Shown here: positions 1 to 12,441 of the stretch, one piece after another
Numbering within the stretch: the stretch's first letter is position 1
Layout of the letters: each line of letters begins with the position of its first letter
DNA from: the human T2T-CHM13v2.0 reference genome, Homo sapiens
Strand: one strand, 5' to 3'
Length of the DNA: 64,000 bases
NCBI RefSeq assembly: GCF_009914755.1
Contig: NC_060927.1
The notes under the pieces: model-generated
What the model was told of the DNA's origin: nothing
Seen by the model: the letters and a program-made list of their open reading frames with translations, nothing else
Databases searched by the model: none
Position numbers and translations under genes: made by a program

Positions 1-274
1 TAAATATTCCCTCAAAAGGGCTCCCTAGAATTATCAAGTTCTTAGTGAAGGTCTACATTTGATTGTACGTAGAATGTTTAAAAGTCAGTTATAAGCCATC
101 TCATCCCATCATAATTTATGATATGTTTAATATATTTTATTTTTTAATTGTCTTTTTAAAAAATTTAGTTTATGACTTTGCAGTATGAATTGTGCTTGTG
201 AAAAAGAACTTTAAATATTTATAAGGGACCATGGGTAATTAATATATATTCAATTTTTACTATGTGTCACTGTC

Positions 275-320
275 AATAAAATGTAAAATATAATGTGCCA
301 ACTAGTGCGCTTTGTTTATG
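275..320 (+). terminator. Proximal polyadenylation signal and cleavage region
   Basis: AATAAA 275-280, CA about 19 nt downstream, then GTGCGCTTTGTTT downstream element. Confidence 0.6.
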
Positions 321-1379
321 CTGAAAAGAATAATGCTCTGTTAGTATGGTATTTCGTGTCATACTGTCAAGCATTTGTAAACCATCTGAGACTAAGTTAA
401 GCTGAATTTATTTATTCAGTGTATGTTGAACATCTCTACACCAACTAGTCAGACATAGTCCTAGGCAATGATGTTACGAGGTAAATAAGACATATCCTTA
501 TCTTCAGAGAACTTAAAATTTAATGAGGGATAATTTGAGAACCTTTCCATGGATAGTATCTAATTTTATTTCATTGGCTGAATGAAAATATTGCATCTTC
601 AGATTAAGAGGTATAAAGTAAATTAATATTTGACTGTTCAGTAATCATTACTGACATCTTGTTTTTCACTTTTAAATGCCTCCAATTTACCATAGCACTT
701 TGTTAAAATAAATTGTGACTTTTAACTTTTTCATGAACATAACTGCTACATAAATGTTCTTTAGAATTTTAGACATATCTCAGGCACACAAATTATTAGT
801 TCTCACAAATTAGAGAACACTTATAATTGTGAACTCTAAATAGAAACCTTCATTTTAATCACTGAGCAACAGTATATAGAGCAATATTGTTGATCCTGAT
901 AAACACTGCATATAAAGAAAAACTGTAATATACAATATATACCATCTCAAGTATGCTTAGCTTTGAAAATGATGAAAATAGAAGGCAAAAGTAAGTGAGT
1001 AATAAAGATGTTATAGTAACTGCAGTAGTGGTACATGTTTCACAAAGATTTTAATAAAAGCACATAAAGCTACAATAAAAGTTCTATATTCCAGTTTCTT
1101 ATAGTCCAGAAATAGCAGTGATTTGGCATTTGGCAAATTGAAAGTTACCCAGAAAATTCCAATGGCTCAGCATCTTAGCTAGTTTACCATCTCTCTTGTA
1201 AATTGTTTTAGAGGATACAAAATGAAAATCTCATTAATCTAAAGTTGCTGCAGATATAGGAAGGACATAAGGATGGAAACAATGAATGTAATTTTTTAAA
1301 AAACTGATATGCTACAACTATTTTAGGATGGAGAAAGAATTGATTGAGAATTCAAATCCTCACTCACTTACCATAAGGT

Positions 1380-1610
1380 AGTAATAAAATTAATAATAGT
1401 TACTACTATATGATCATTATATTATAAGCAGGTATTACACATACAGAATTTTCAACATTTAATCCTCCCAATAAGCCTATGTGGCAGGTTTTATTATTTC
1501 CATTTTATAGATCAGTAAACTGAGGCGTTAAAATGTTATGTAATTTGCCAAAGTTCAAAAAGCTGGTAAGTCTGGTACTAGGATTCAGTACCAAGCAGTC
1601 TGTTTTAAGA
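1380..1610 (-). mobile_element. MIR SINE
   Basis: Reverse-complement MIR core CCATTTTATAGATCAGTAAACTGAGGC...TAATTTGCCAAAGTTC...GGATTC. Confidence 0.8.
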
Positions 1611-2449
1611 CAGATGATTCAAGAGTATGATAGATATTAGAAATACAGATATATCTGCCAGAATAACAATTAAAATGATAGAAAAGGCTCTTACTTGGGA
1701 CAGCAACCAGGACAGGGATGGTAGAGGGAAGGTCAGAGACTAGAGACTACTCTTTGCTTTTTTTGTTTTCTTTTTTTTTCTTTTAAAGCTATTAACACTA
1801 CTCAAATTTTAAACTCTGGATACAAATGACTTTGATAAAAGTCCTTAAAACTATTTTGACATTAAATTATTTGGTATTCCACAAACTACAGTAGCTCATA
1901 CCTATGCAAATATTTAGAAGAAGGAGAAGTACCCTTTTTCTTTGTTTTCATGATCTCCAAAATCTAGTTTTTAGTCTATAAACATCCATCCCTACTCCAC
2001 ATTTTCATGTAAAGATTATGTAGAAGTTGGGCAACAGTGTAGTCACAGGATGTCATATAAGTGTGAATAAGCTGAGATTATTGCATTTGTATTTAGCATA
2101 TTATACAATTAAAATGTATTTTATTAAACCTGAAGCAAGTTTTCTTTCATGTCTAGACATCAGTGTGTTACAGAGTTTAATTCATTAAGCTCTGTATTTG
2201 AATATAACACCTTGTAAAAATGTTTGAAACTTATCCTCTTGTATGTTAAATATTTAAATATTTGTATATGGCCCTATTCAGCCTGTGCTTTATAAATCAC
2301 AAAAGAGCTGGGTTTTATATGTTTGTTTTTTATTTCTAAGCTCTCTGCGAAAAAGTTACAAATTGTCTCCTTAAGATATTTTTTCTTTGTAATTTTTTTA
2401 TATCATGTTGTGATTTCCATAAATATGTGCAGTTACTCTTGATAATACT

Positions 2450-2805
2450 TGTCTTATTCATTTCAGGTTGCTATAACAAAGTACCATAGACTGGGTGGCT
2501 TATAAACGACAGAAATTTATTTCTTACAGCTCTGGAGCTGGAAGTCTGAGATCAGATTACCAGCATGGTTGGGTTCTGGTGAGAGCCGTCTTGGTTGCAG
2601 ACTGCCATCTTCTTGTATCCTCACATGGCCAAAAGAGGACAAGAGAACTCTCTGGAGTCTGTTTGATAAGAGCATGAATCCCATTACATCTTCACATGGC
2701 TCCTCCCAAAGACCCCACCTCCTAATATCATCACATGTCATCACATAGGGGGTTAGAATTTCAACATAGAAATTTTGGGAGAACACAAACATTCAGTCAG
2801 TTGCA
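2450..2805 (-). mobile_element. MaLR solo LTR (MLT1A/MLT1A0-like)
   Basis: TG...CA termini; GCTATAACAAAGTACCATAGACTGGGTGGCTTATAAAC and CCCCACCTCCTAATATCATCAC motifs; perfect 5-bp TSD ATACT at 2445-2449 and 2806-2810. Confidence 0.9.
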
Positions 2806-3480
2806 ATACTTAAGGCAAATTCATCTTGCTTATAACTCTGGTGCATGTGCATTAAAATACTATTGCATTGTAACTGAGTTTGTACCTATTTTCTGCTTTC
2901 TGATTATTTCCTTTGTTCATGAAAATAAATGACTGGTATTACAAGGTCACCTAAATAAATAGGTTTGTGTACGTCTGCGACTAGAGAGAAATACTACAGT
3001 GATTAAGAAATGGTTATTGTGTTTAATTGAATGTTTCAGGTTACTTAGTTATTACATTTTCATCTTTCTCCGTATGGATGCTCCTGCTCAGCTTCGCCTG
3101 CCTCAGAACCTTTATGGCTCTTTCTTCCAATCACTTGATTTCAATGCCAGATTTAGAAGCTTCATCGGCATACCATGTTAAACTGCTTTTCTGGCAATTT
3201 AGAATAAACCAAGAAAGATAAAATCTGTCTCCAAATTTCAAATCACCAAGTAATGCTAAAAGTCACCCAGGAATACTAGATATTTTGAAAATAAAATTTG
3301 ATTAGAAATATAGTAGTAATGATAAACATAGCTTTTACAATGTGCCCATACTTTGTAAGCACTTTACATATATTCATTTAATTGTCATAAGAACCCTGTG
3401 AGGTATTATCTCTATTATATAGATCAAGTGTCAGTAAACTGCTAACTCATTTTTGTACTGCCTTTAATGTTTATTTTACT

Positions 3481-4900
3481 TTTTTTAAATTATTATACTT
3501 TTAAGTTCTAGGGTACATGTGCACAACGTGCAGGTTTGTTACATATGTATACATGCGCCACGTTGGTGTGCTGCACCCATTAACTCATCATTTACATTAC
3601 GTATATCTCCTAAAGCTATCCCTCCACCCTCCCCCCACCCCACGACAGGCCCCGGTGTGTGATGTTCCCCTTCCTGTGTCCAAGTGTTCTCATTGTTCAA
3701 TTCCCACCTATGAGTGAGAACATGTGGTGTTTGGTTTTTTGTCCATGCGATAGTTTGCTGAGAATGATGGTTTCCAGTTTCATCCATGTCCCTACAAAGG
3801 ACATGAACTCATCCTTTTTTATGGCTGCATAGTATTCCATGGTGTATATGTGCCACATTTTCTTAATCCAGTCTATCATTGATGGACATTTGGGTTGGTT
3901 CCAGGTCTTTGCTATTGTGAATAGTGCCACAATAAACATACGTGTGCGTCTTTATAGCAGCATGATTTATAATCCTTTGGGTATATACCCAGTAATGGGA
4001 TTGCTGGGTCAAATGGTATTTCTAGTTCTAGATCCTTGAGGAATCGCCACACTGACTTCCACAATGGTTGAACTAGTTTACAGTCCCACCAACAGTGTAA
4101 AAGTGTTCCTATTTCTCCACATCCTCTCCAGCACCTGTTGTTTCCTGACTTTTTAATGATCACCATTCTAACTGATGTGAGATGGTTATCTCATTGTAGT
4201 TTTGATTTGCATTTCTCTGATGACCAGTGATGATGACCATTTTTTCATGTGTCTGTTGGCTGCATAAATATCTTCTTTTGAGAAGTGTCTGTTAATGTCC
4301 TTCGCCCACTTTGTGATGGGGTTGTTTGTTTTTTTCTTGTAAATTTGTTTGAGTTCTTTGTAGATTCTGGCTATTAGCCCTTTGTCAGATGAGTAGATTG
4401 CAAAAATTTTCTCCCATTCTGTAGGTTGCTTGTTCACTCTGATGGTAGTTTCTTTTGCTGTGCAGAAGCCCTTTAGATTAATTAGATCCCATTTGTCAAT
4501 TTTGGCTTTTGTTGCCATTACTTTTGGGGTTTTAGACATGAAGTCCTTGCCCATGCCTATGTCCTGAATGGTATTGCCTAGGTTTTCTTGTAGGGTTTTT
4601 ATGGTTTTAGGTCTAACATTTAAGTCTTTAATCCATCTTGAATTAATTTTTGTATAAGGTGTAAGGAAGGGATCCAGTTTCAGCTTTCTACATATGGCTA
4701 GCCAGTTTTCCTAGCACCATTTATTAAATAGGGAATCCTTTCCCTATTTCTTGTTTTTGTCAGGTTTGTCAAAGATCAGATGGTTGTAGATGTGTGGTAT
4801 TATTTCTGAGGGCTCTGTTCTGTTCCATTGGTCTATATCTCTGTTTTGGTGCCAGTACCATGCTGTTTTGGCTACTATAGCCTTGTAGTATAGTTTGAAG
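3481..4900 (-). mobile_element. 5'-truncated L1PA (about L1PA4-6): ORF2 C-terminus and 3' UTR
   Basis: Minus-strand ORFs 4186-4554, 3912-4166 and 3697-3939 are L1 ORF2p C-terminal peptides ([32 protein letters not shown]); G-rich 3' UTR; TSD-like TATTTTAC-TTTTT on both sides. Confidence 0.95.
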
Positions 4901-4926
4901 TATTTTACATTTTTAAAGAGTTGTTA

Positions 4927-5233
4927 GGCCAGGCATGGTGGCTCATCCCTGTAATCCCAGCAGGTAATCGGCCGTTGGGAGGCCAAAGCAGGTGGATTAC
5001 TTGAGGACAGGTGTTCGCGACCAGCCTGGCCAATGTGGGGAAACCTCGTCTCTACTAAAAATACAAAAATTAGCCAGGTGTGGTGGCATGTGCCTGTGGT
5101 CCCAGCTACTCAGGAGGCTGAGGCATGAGAATCACTTGAACCCAAGAGGTGGAGGTTGCAGTGAGCCAAGATTGCACTACTGCACTCCAGCCTGGGCAAC
5201 AGAGTGACACTCTGTCTCAAAAAAAAAAAAAAA
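4927..5233 (+). mobile_element. AluS element
   Basis: GGCCAGGCATGGTGGCTCA start, TACTAAAAATACAAAAATTAG linker, poly(A) tail. Confidence 0.95.
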
Positions 5234-5813
5234 AGCAACAGAGACTATATGTGGCCTGTAAAGCCTAAAATGTATACTGTCTGATGCCTTCTACATAAAA
5301 AGTTTGTTGACCCGTGTAACAGATGATAAAGTGAGGCAAGAGATAGCATATTGCAAATACATGGAAGAAACCAGATTTTGAGTCTACAAGATCTGGCTCT
5401 GGAATCTGTGTTCTTACCTTTTACATAGCTTCGCAGCAAAGCTAAACATTCTAAATTGCAATAGAACAATTTGAAATTACTTCCTTCTTAAATAATTGTA
5501 TTAAAAATGAAAAATTAGGTGCAAATGGCTGAAAAGCAATGCTCTTTGAAATTCCTTTAATTTCCCATTAAGAATGAAAAGTATGAAGTCTTGGCCTTCT
5601 GGTTTTTATTCTTCCTTTTCTTTAAATGGGTGGCAAGAGATAAGGCAGATTATGAAGCATCAAATATGTTAACTTTTAAAAGTATAATCACACATACAAA
5701 TTGTCCCCAAGCATCTGGTTTGGACTTTCAGATTCCCTGATGATTTTTACCAATATTTTGAGGTAAATGATAGCTACTGTTGATAGTCTTGAAATGTATA
5801 TGTTAGAATATAG

Positions 5814-6322
5814 TGATGGAAACAAAAATATTTCACGCCAAAATATACTTATTTGGTGTATTTTGAGAAAGCTATGCAGAGGGCCTGCAAACACAAGTAG
5901 CCCTACAAAGCTGTCTTTTGTGGGAACGATTTTCTACTGTAGAGAAAATCTGCACTGATGCAGCCAGGCTTTCTCTGAGGCCCTCCCATGTCTGGATCAA
6001 GGAAAGATTAACTGAGAGTCTGACACCTTTAACTGAGATTCTGCTGTCTGTGAGGTTTCATCTATATAACCAGATGACCTTTGCTAGCCAAGCCTCCTCT
6101 TCCCCGCTCCCATAACCTGTCTTGCCACCATAAACTCTTCTGGGTGAAGCTTCTAGCTATTCTTTCTGTAGCGTCAGGATAGTATAAAAACTCCATATGG
6201 CCATTTCTTTGAGTTTTTATATTTTGTGTGACTCCTGTGAACATGACTGCACAAAATAAATTTGTATGCCTTTTTTCCTGTTAATCTGTGAACAGATCGG
6301 GAAAAATTTAAACTTCCCTGCA
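5814..6322 (+). mobile_element. ERV1 solo LTR (MER34A-like)
   Basis: TG...CA ends; start TGATGGAAACAAAAATATTTCACGCCAAAATATAC; TATAAA 6183-6188; AATAAA 6255-6260 followed by TTTGTATGCCTTTT; 4-bp TSD ATAG/GTAG. Confidence 0.75.
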
Positions 6323-6667
6323 GTAGAAACATTTTTATAATTCAATTTGTAGATATTTGTATTTTTGAGTTATGTAACAAGTACAGCTAAGAATGTTTAC
6401 TTCATTACAAACATTTCATGATCATGCGTCAGTGTTCTAAACCTTTGCCATTTAGCTAAACGAATAACATGTCCACAAAGGACTAGGCTCAGAATTTGGT
6501 CTGTCTCTTATAATCTCTTTGAAAAGTTTATAAATTCTTCCAAATGATTTATGAAGTATCAATGTTACATTACTAAAATTGATTTATGTGTCCTCCAATT
6601 AAATGTAATCATTACTATTGGAGTTAAAGCCAGTTTCACATTCACACTCTTCTTAGGCTCTGTGGGG

Positions 6668-6694
6668 GTGTGTGTGTGTGTGTGTGTATGTGTA
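6668..6694. repeat. (TG)n microsatellite
   Basis: Direct reading. Confidence 0.95.
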
Positions 6695-7885
6695 TCAGGA
6701 TGCATGCACCTTCCTAAAGTCATAGCAAGCTCACACTTTGGTGATCACTAACTCTTCCCTGGGACTTTCTTAGGCAGATTTATAGTTATGTCTTGCAAGT
6801 ATACTATTCTTACCAAGTTTTAGGGGTTTTAAAAAAATATGTTGTTTTTTGTAATTCTTAAATATGATACATCAGCTCTTACCTCTTGCCATTTCTGGGA
6901 ACTTTATTATACATTTGATAGTGTTTTTAGTGCATTTTTAGATGCTGGGTTATTATTATCTTAAATACTCTCTCTAATCAGTGAGTTTATAGTTTCATAA
7001 AATATCACTTATTGCTTTTCACATTGTAAAACCCCCATACTGTGAATAATTTCATTTTATTTATGCATAGCAGCACAAGATTTTTTAAGAATAAATGAAA
7101 AGATTTTTAAGACCCTATATTTACATGGTATCTTGTTAATGTTAAAAGTTTGTCTTTTCTAATACGGAATATATCTAACATAGGACTTCAGAAAAAATAT
7201 TACTGATATGTTTACTGATTAAAATGAAGTGTGAATCTATATAAAGACAAGAGGCAGTATTTTTCTTTTAATAAGAACTTTAGATATAACAGAGATACTC
7301 AATTGTCTATGAGAGGAATGGGTATAAATAGACTATGACTCTTTCTTGAAAGAGATCAGGAAAATCCTGAGGTGGAAGCCTCCATTGATATCAGTACCAA
7401 CCAAATCATACTAAGTGAGCAGGTTCTTAGTCTTTATATGAATAAGGCTTTCCCTAAAGTAGAAGGAGTATGCAAGCAGCAACTATATTTATTGAGCCTA
7501 CAATGATATTTCCTTTTGATATAACATTCAAATTACTGTCACCTCAAAGAAGACCTAAATTTGTCTTAAAGATTATACAGTACTCTTTATCTAACTTAAT
7601 CACATCAGTTTTATATTTATTTAAATTTCTGTCTTCACTCTTAATATATTCTACCTCCCAGAAACAAACTGAGAAAAATGCCTGCATGAGATTATTTCAT
7701 GACAGAATGAAAAGTTATCATGCTAAGAGTGTCTTACTCTAAGGAAATTTTTATATTCAGTTAACTCATGATTTTGTTTTTTCTTTAGCCCTACTTTAAA
7801 TTGTTTTTCAAAGGGGCTAAATTTATATTAATGTATAGTCATATATTAAGCTAGTATACTAATGAACTGCAATCAGAAAAAATAA

Positions 7886-8227
7886 TAGTGCATACCTCAT
7901 TTAATTGAGCATCACTTGATTGTGCTTCACAGATAAACCTGTTTTTTACACATTCAAGGTTTTTGACAACCCTGTGTTGAGCAAGTCTATCAACACCATT
8001 TTTCCAACACCTTTTGCTCATATTGTATCTCTGTATCGCATTTTGCTAATTCCCACAATATTTAAAACTTCATGATTATTATTATTATATTTGTTATGAT
8101 GATCTGTGATCAGTGGTCTTTACTATTGTAATTATTTTGGGGTGCCATGAAACTCACCCATATAAAACTGCAAACTTAATTGATAAATGTGCATGTTCTG
8201 ACTGCTCTACAAACTAGCCATTCCCTA
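7886..8227 (+). mobile_element. Tigger1 5'-terminal fragment
   Basis: GCATACCTC terminus, then CAACCCTGTGTTGAGCAAGTCTATC and TGATCTGTGATCAGTG; homologous in inverted orientation to 15870-16232. Confidence 0.85.
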
Positions 8228-11124
8228 AGGGTCCTGTGGGATAATAGAAAAAGATTTTTTAATTATGCAATTGGAGGCTCACAGAGATAGGAAAGAAAGA
8301 ATGGAGCAGAGTAAATTTATGAAGAAATAATAATAGCTGAAAACATTCTAGATTAAATGACAGGCATAATTTATAGATTTTAAAAGCTCAGAAACCCCCA
8401 AATAGAGTAAATACAAAACAAATAAACTTACATATGGCAAAGCTAATAGCTGAAAACCAAAGAAAATATCAAAAACATCCAGAGGGAAGAAAACCTTATT
8501 TATAGAGTAAAAGTGATACAAATAAGTTTCTATACAAACTGATATAAAAAAGTTGATTTTTATTAGAAACCCTGCCAAATTCAGTAGTACAGTATTTTTT
8601 AAAGTGTTGAAAGAAAAATAAGAAAGTTAATCCAGAATTCTAAGATATGAAACCAAGAAAAAATTCTGCAGGGTGGAGGGAAATTACACCAAAGGAAAAG
8701 TCTAATTTTCAAGAAGTAATGAAATGATAAATATATGAGTAAATGTAGAAGGCTTTTTAAAAAGTACCCATAAAATACATGTGAATGTTTAAGTAAAAGA
8801 ATAACATATTTGTGTGGGGCTAATAATGTATGTAGATATACAAATAACATATGATGACTGTAATAAAAAAGGATGGTGAGGGTGATAAAGGACCCAAACA
8901 GTTGTAAAACTTCTACATTTTACAAGAATTGATACAATATTAACTCTAATAGACAGTATAAATTAAAGATGCATATTGTAATCCCTAGAGCAACTATTTA
9001 AAAACATGGAAAAGAAATATTAAAAAGCCAATACATTAAAATAGAATTTAAGAAATATTCAATTAATCCACGTAATAAGGAAAGGGGGGACAAAGGAACA
9101 AAACACAGAAGGAAGAAACAGTCCTTAATACCATTATATCAATACTTGGAATACATTTAATTGGATTAAATTCTCCAATTAAAGTTAGAAATAAGCAGAA
9201 TGAATTTTTGAAAAGCATAACTATCTGCTCTCTGCAAGAAATGCATTTAACATATAAAGATGCAGGCATGTTGTAAGTAAATGTATTAAAAAAGATTACG
9301 GAAGCATTAAGTATAAGAAGGTTTGAGTGCATATATTAATATAAGATAAAATAGACTTCAAAACAAAAAGAATTAACTGCGATAAAGACATTTTATTATC
9401 ATTCATCACAGATGTGTGTGCATCCAGTAACAAAGTTTCAGAATACATAAAGCAGAAATTGACAGATAAAGGGAGAAATAAACAATTTCACCATTACAGT
9501 AGGAGATCTAAATACCTCTTACTGAGCAATTGGTAAAATAACTAGACAAAAAAAAAAAACAAAACAAAAAAAACAGTAGACATAGATGATCTGAATCAGT
9601 CAGCCAAATAGACCCAACTCATATGTGTAGAACACTACACCCAACAACTACAACTTCTTTTGAAGTGTAAGACAAACAGTACAATTTTTAAAAATGGAAA
9701 ACAAACTACATAACAGGAAAAAAATCCACAATATATATATCTGACAAAGAACTTGCATAATATATAAAGACCTATTATATATCAATAGAAAGAAGCCAAC
9801 AACAACAAAATATGAGCAAACCACTTGAGTAGATACCTCACAAAAGAATATGGTCAATCAATACAGGAAAAGATGCTTAACATCATTAATCATGAGGGAG
9901 ATGCTAATAAAAACTATGATTTATTACCATTATACACCTACTAAAATAGCTTCAGTTTTTAAAACTGGTAATACCTTGTGTTGGCAAGAACATGAAATCA
10001 TTGGAATTCTCACACAATGCTGGTGGAGAATGCAAAATGGTATGTGGCGCCAACCAAGTTACGCATCTTTGTAGGGAGGTGATGATAGAGCAGCAGGAGC
10101 AGCCTAGCACCAGTTGTTGGAACACCTGTAGGATGATGAAGGCATGCACATTGCCTGGCATGGGATGTTGGAGCTTGAGAAGGGTAAAGAGGGCTTCTAC
10201 ACCCGACGTCCAGGGAGGTGGTGGTGGTAACAGATGATTAGTAACATTTATCAAGGAAAGAATCTAATAATATATTGACAATAATGGGAGTCATCCTCCA
10301 GAGTGTAGGAGAAGAGAGTTACAGGTGTGGAAAGAAAACTAGAAGGATTGTTGTATTACAGTTGGAGGTATCGGTATGAGCACATGAATTTCAATGGGTA
10401 GAAAGAGAGAGATATAGATACAGAGATAAAGATGCTGTTTGTGTGTATATACCTGTGTATGTGCCTAAGAGCAGTGACTCCAACAGCAATGAGAACACCT
10501 GGCACCCACATGTAGGTATCTTGGTTATATTCTCCACTAAAAAGAAGTAGGGCTCTTTGGGAAAATGGCTACTTCCATAATGGAGCAGAAAAAATACAGA
10601 ATGAGCCTGGAACATTTTGTTTTTCCAGAAAGTTAAAAAATGCTCAAATAATTATGTGGACATAGCAAAAGGACACAAAGACAGTTTGAAGGGGCATTAA
10701 CTGGCTACACCTGCGACATTTTGAACATCAAAATGAATAAAGATAGTAATGGACTATATAACTCATTGAATGAAATATGAATTTATATATCTATATGATA
10801 CAAATAAGTGAATAAATGACTAATGGGGAGATAACATTAGAACACCTACAAATAAATGTAGAATGTTGGAATGAGAAAATCGCCATTTGACAATAATTGT
10901 AATAATTTATTCAGTCTAGAAACATCAATGGATGCTAAAAATAATAATGAAATGTTGTCAAGGAATGGGATATTTATATAGCTTCAAATTATTTCTCCAC
11001 AAAATACTAATTACAGAGAGGAAAAAAAATAGCTAGCATACAATTAAGGGAGCTTGCAGACATCACCTTAATCAAGTGATCCAAGTTATTATCTGTGATG
11101 GGACAAATTGAAATCGTGTACCTT

Positions 11125-11404
11125 AGCTTGGTGTGGTGGCAGACGCCCGTAATCCCAACACTTTGGGAGGTTGAAGCAGGAGGATCACTTGAGCCTAGGA
11201 GTTTGAGGCCAGCCTGGGAAACATAGTGAGACCCCATCTCTACAAAGATTCCAAAAATTAGTGAGCTGGGTGGTGCATGCCTATAGTCCCAGCTACTCAG
11301 GAGGCTGAGGTGAGAGGATCGCTTGAGCCTGGGAGGTCTAAGGTACAGTGAGCAGAGATCACACCACTGCACTTCAGCCTGTGCAATAGAGTGAGACGCT
11401 GTCA
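11125..11404 (+). mobile_element. AluJ element
   Basis: GAGGATCACTTGAGCCTAGGAGTTTGAG J-type diagnostics; TSD-like AAATCGTGTACC / AGATCATGTACC. Confidence 0.9.
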
Positions 11405-11700
11405 GAAAGAAAGAAAAGAAAGAAGGGGAAGGAAGGAAGGGAGGGAGGGAGGGAGGGAGGGAGGGAAGAGAGGGAGGGAGGGAGGGAAGAAGGAAGATCA
11501 TGTACCACCTGACACAATGAGAACAGAGCATTATAGAAGGAAAAGGAAGAAGGATGGAAGGAAGGAAGGAGGAAGGAAGGAAAGAAGGAAGGTGGGTGGA
11601 AGAAAGAGAGAGAGAAAGAAAAAGAAAAAAAGAAAGGAAAGAAACAGAGAAAGAAAAGAAAGAAAGAGAAAGAAAAGAAAGAAAAAGAAAGAAAAAAGAA
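11405..11700. repeat. Polypurine (GGAA/GGGA/GAAA)n tracts derived from the Alu tail
   Basis: Direct reading: two purine tracts separated by a duplicated 32-bp segment. Confidence 0.9.
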
Positions 11701-12441
11701 TTAGGTACCACCTGACACAATGATAACATAGCATTACTTTTGGGATATTGCCAAAAATATACAGCCTGAATCCAACCATAAGAAAACACCAGGCATTTCC
11801 AAATAAAAAGATCCTGCTTCCACCAAAATGTGGCCTGTAAGAGTAAAAAAATGTCCCAGTCATGAAAGTCCCAGTCATGAAAGACTGAGGAATTTTTACC
11901 GAGTAAAGGAGACGAAAGTGACATAACAACTAAATGCGGTATGTGATTCTGGACTGGATCACTTTGCTAAAAAGAACATTAATGAGATAATTGTCAAAAC
12001 TTAAATGGAGTCTGCAGATAAGGTGGTAGACTATGTCAACATTAATTTCTTGATTTTGAGAGTGGAATTGCAGTTAGGATTTTAGGAGAATAGTCATGTT
12101 TGTAAGAGTTACACATCAAAGTATTCAGGACTTCATTTTGACAACATAATTTCAAATGATTCAGGAAATAAAAAGAAGTTCTTAATACTATTGTGATTTT
12201 TCAATAAGTTTGAAATATTTTCAAAATTAAAATATTTAGAAAAAAATTTATATGAAATAACAATGTAGAGAAAATTGAATTTTACATATTGAAGAATTAG
12301 AATAAAAGGTAGATGAGTATGTTCAAAAAAGAATGCCTGAAATGGTATCACTCATAAAAATAAACTGCCTGAATAGATTGATAATTGCAACCAATATGGG
12401 AAATGTATGTATACTTATTATATAAATTAAGTAATTATTGA

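Larger units (their letters stand above)
1..2960 (+). other. ARL6: Probable terminal exon 3' UTR of the upstream gene (likely ARL6/BBS3), with proximal and distal poly(A) signals
   Basis: AT-rich sequence with no credible ORF. AATAAA at 275-280 is followed by CA at ~299 and a GU-rich tract. AATAAA at 2924-2929 and 2954-2959 has upstream TGTA (2881) and downstream GGTTTGTGT. The gene name comes only from recalled order (ARL6 directly upstream of CRYBG3, same strand). Confidence 0.55.
3425..5316 (+). mobile_element. MER58(B)-like hAT-Charlie element, interrupted by L1PA and Alu
   Basis: Degenerate TIRs CAAGTGTCAGTAAACT and AGTTTGTTGACCCGTG; 3' part GGCCTGTAAAGCCTAAAATGTATACT...AAAAAGTTTG is typical of MER58. 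Confidence 0.7.
3310..5420 (-). mobile_element. MIR split in two (3310-3424 and 5317-5420) by a MER58 insertion
   Basis: The MIR core reads ...CCCTGTGAGGTATTATCTCTATTATATAGAT | TAACAGATGATAAAGTGAGGC... across the insertion. Confidence 0.65.
8230..12235 (+). mobile_element. Old fragmented L1M (ORF1/ORF2 remnants and L1MC3/4-like 3' UTR), with an AluJ inserted
   Basis: A-rich sense strand with L1 endonuclease-region motifs (TAAAATAGACTTCAAAACAAAA, GTAGAACACTACACCCAACAAC) and L1MC 3' motifs (ACAACTAAATGC...GGACTGGATC, GTTTGAAATATTTTCAAAAT). Confidence 0.75.

Noticed and set aside
3539-4554. ORF2p-like ORFs as an active L1 or a gene (also 33830-35163 and 54279-60541)
   Set aside because: Truncated and broken by frameshifts and stops; fossils
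10044-10055. TGGCGCC as a retroviral primer-binding site
   Set aside because: Only 7 nt match and there is no adjacent LTR
11007-11929. 305-aa, 132-aa and 110-aa ORFs
   Set aside because: Translations of the polypurine/polypyrimidine tract and an Alu
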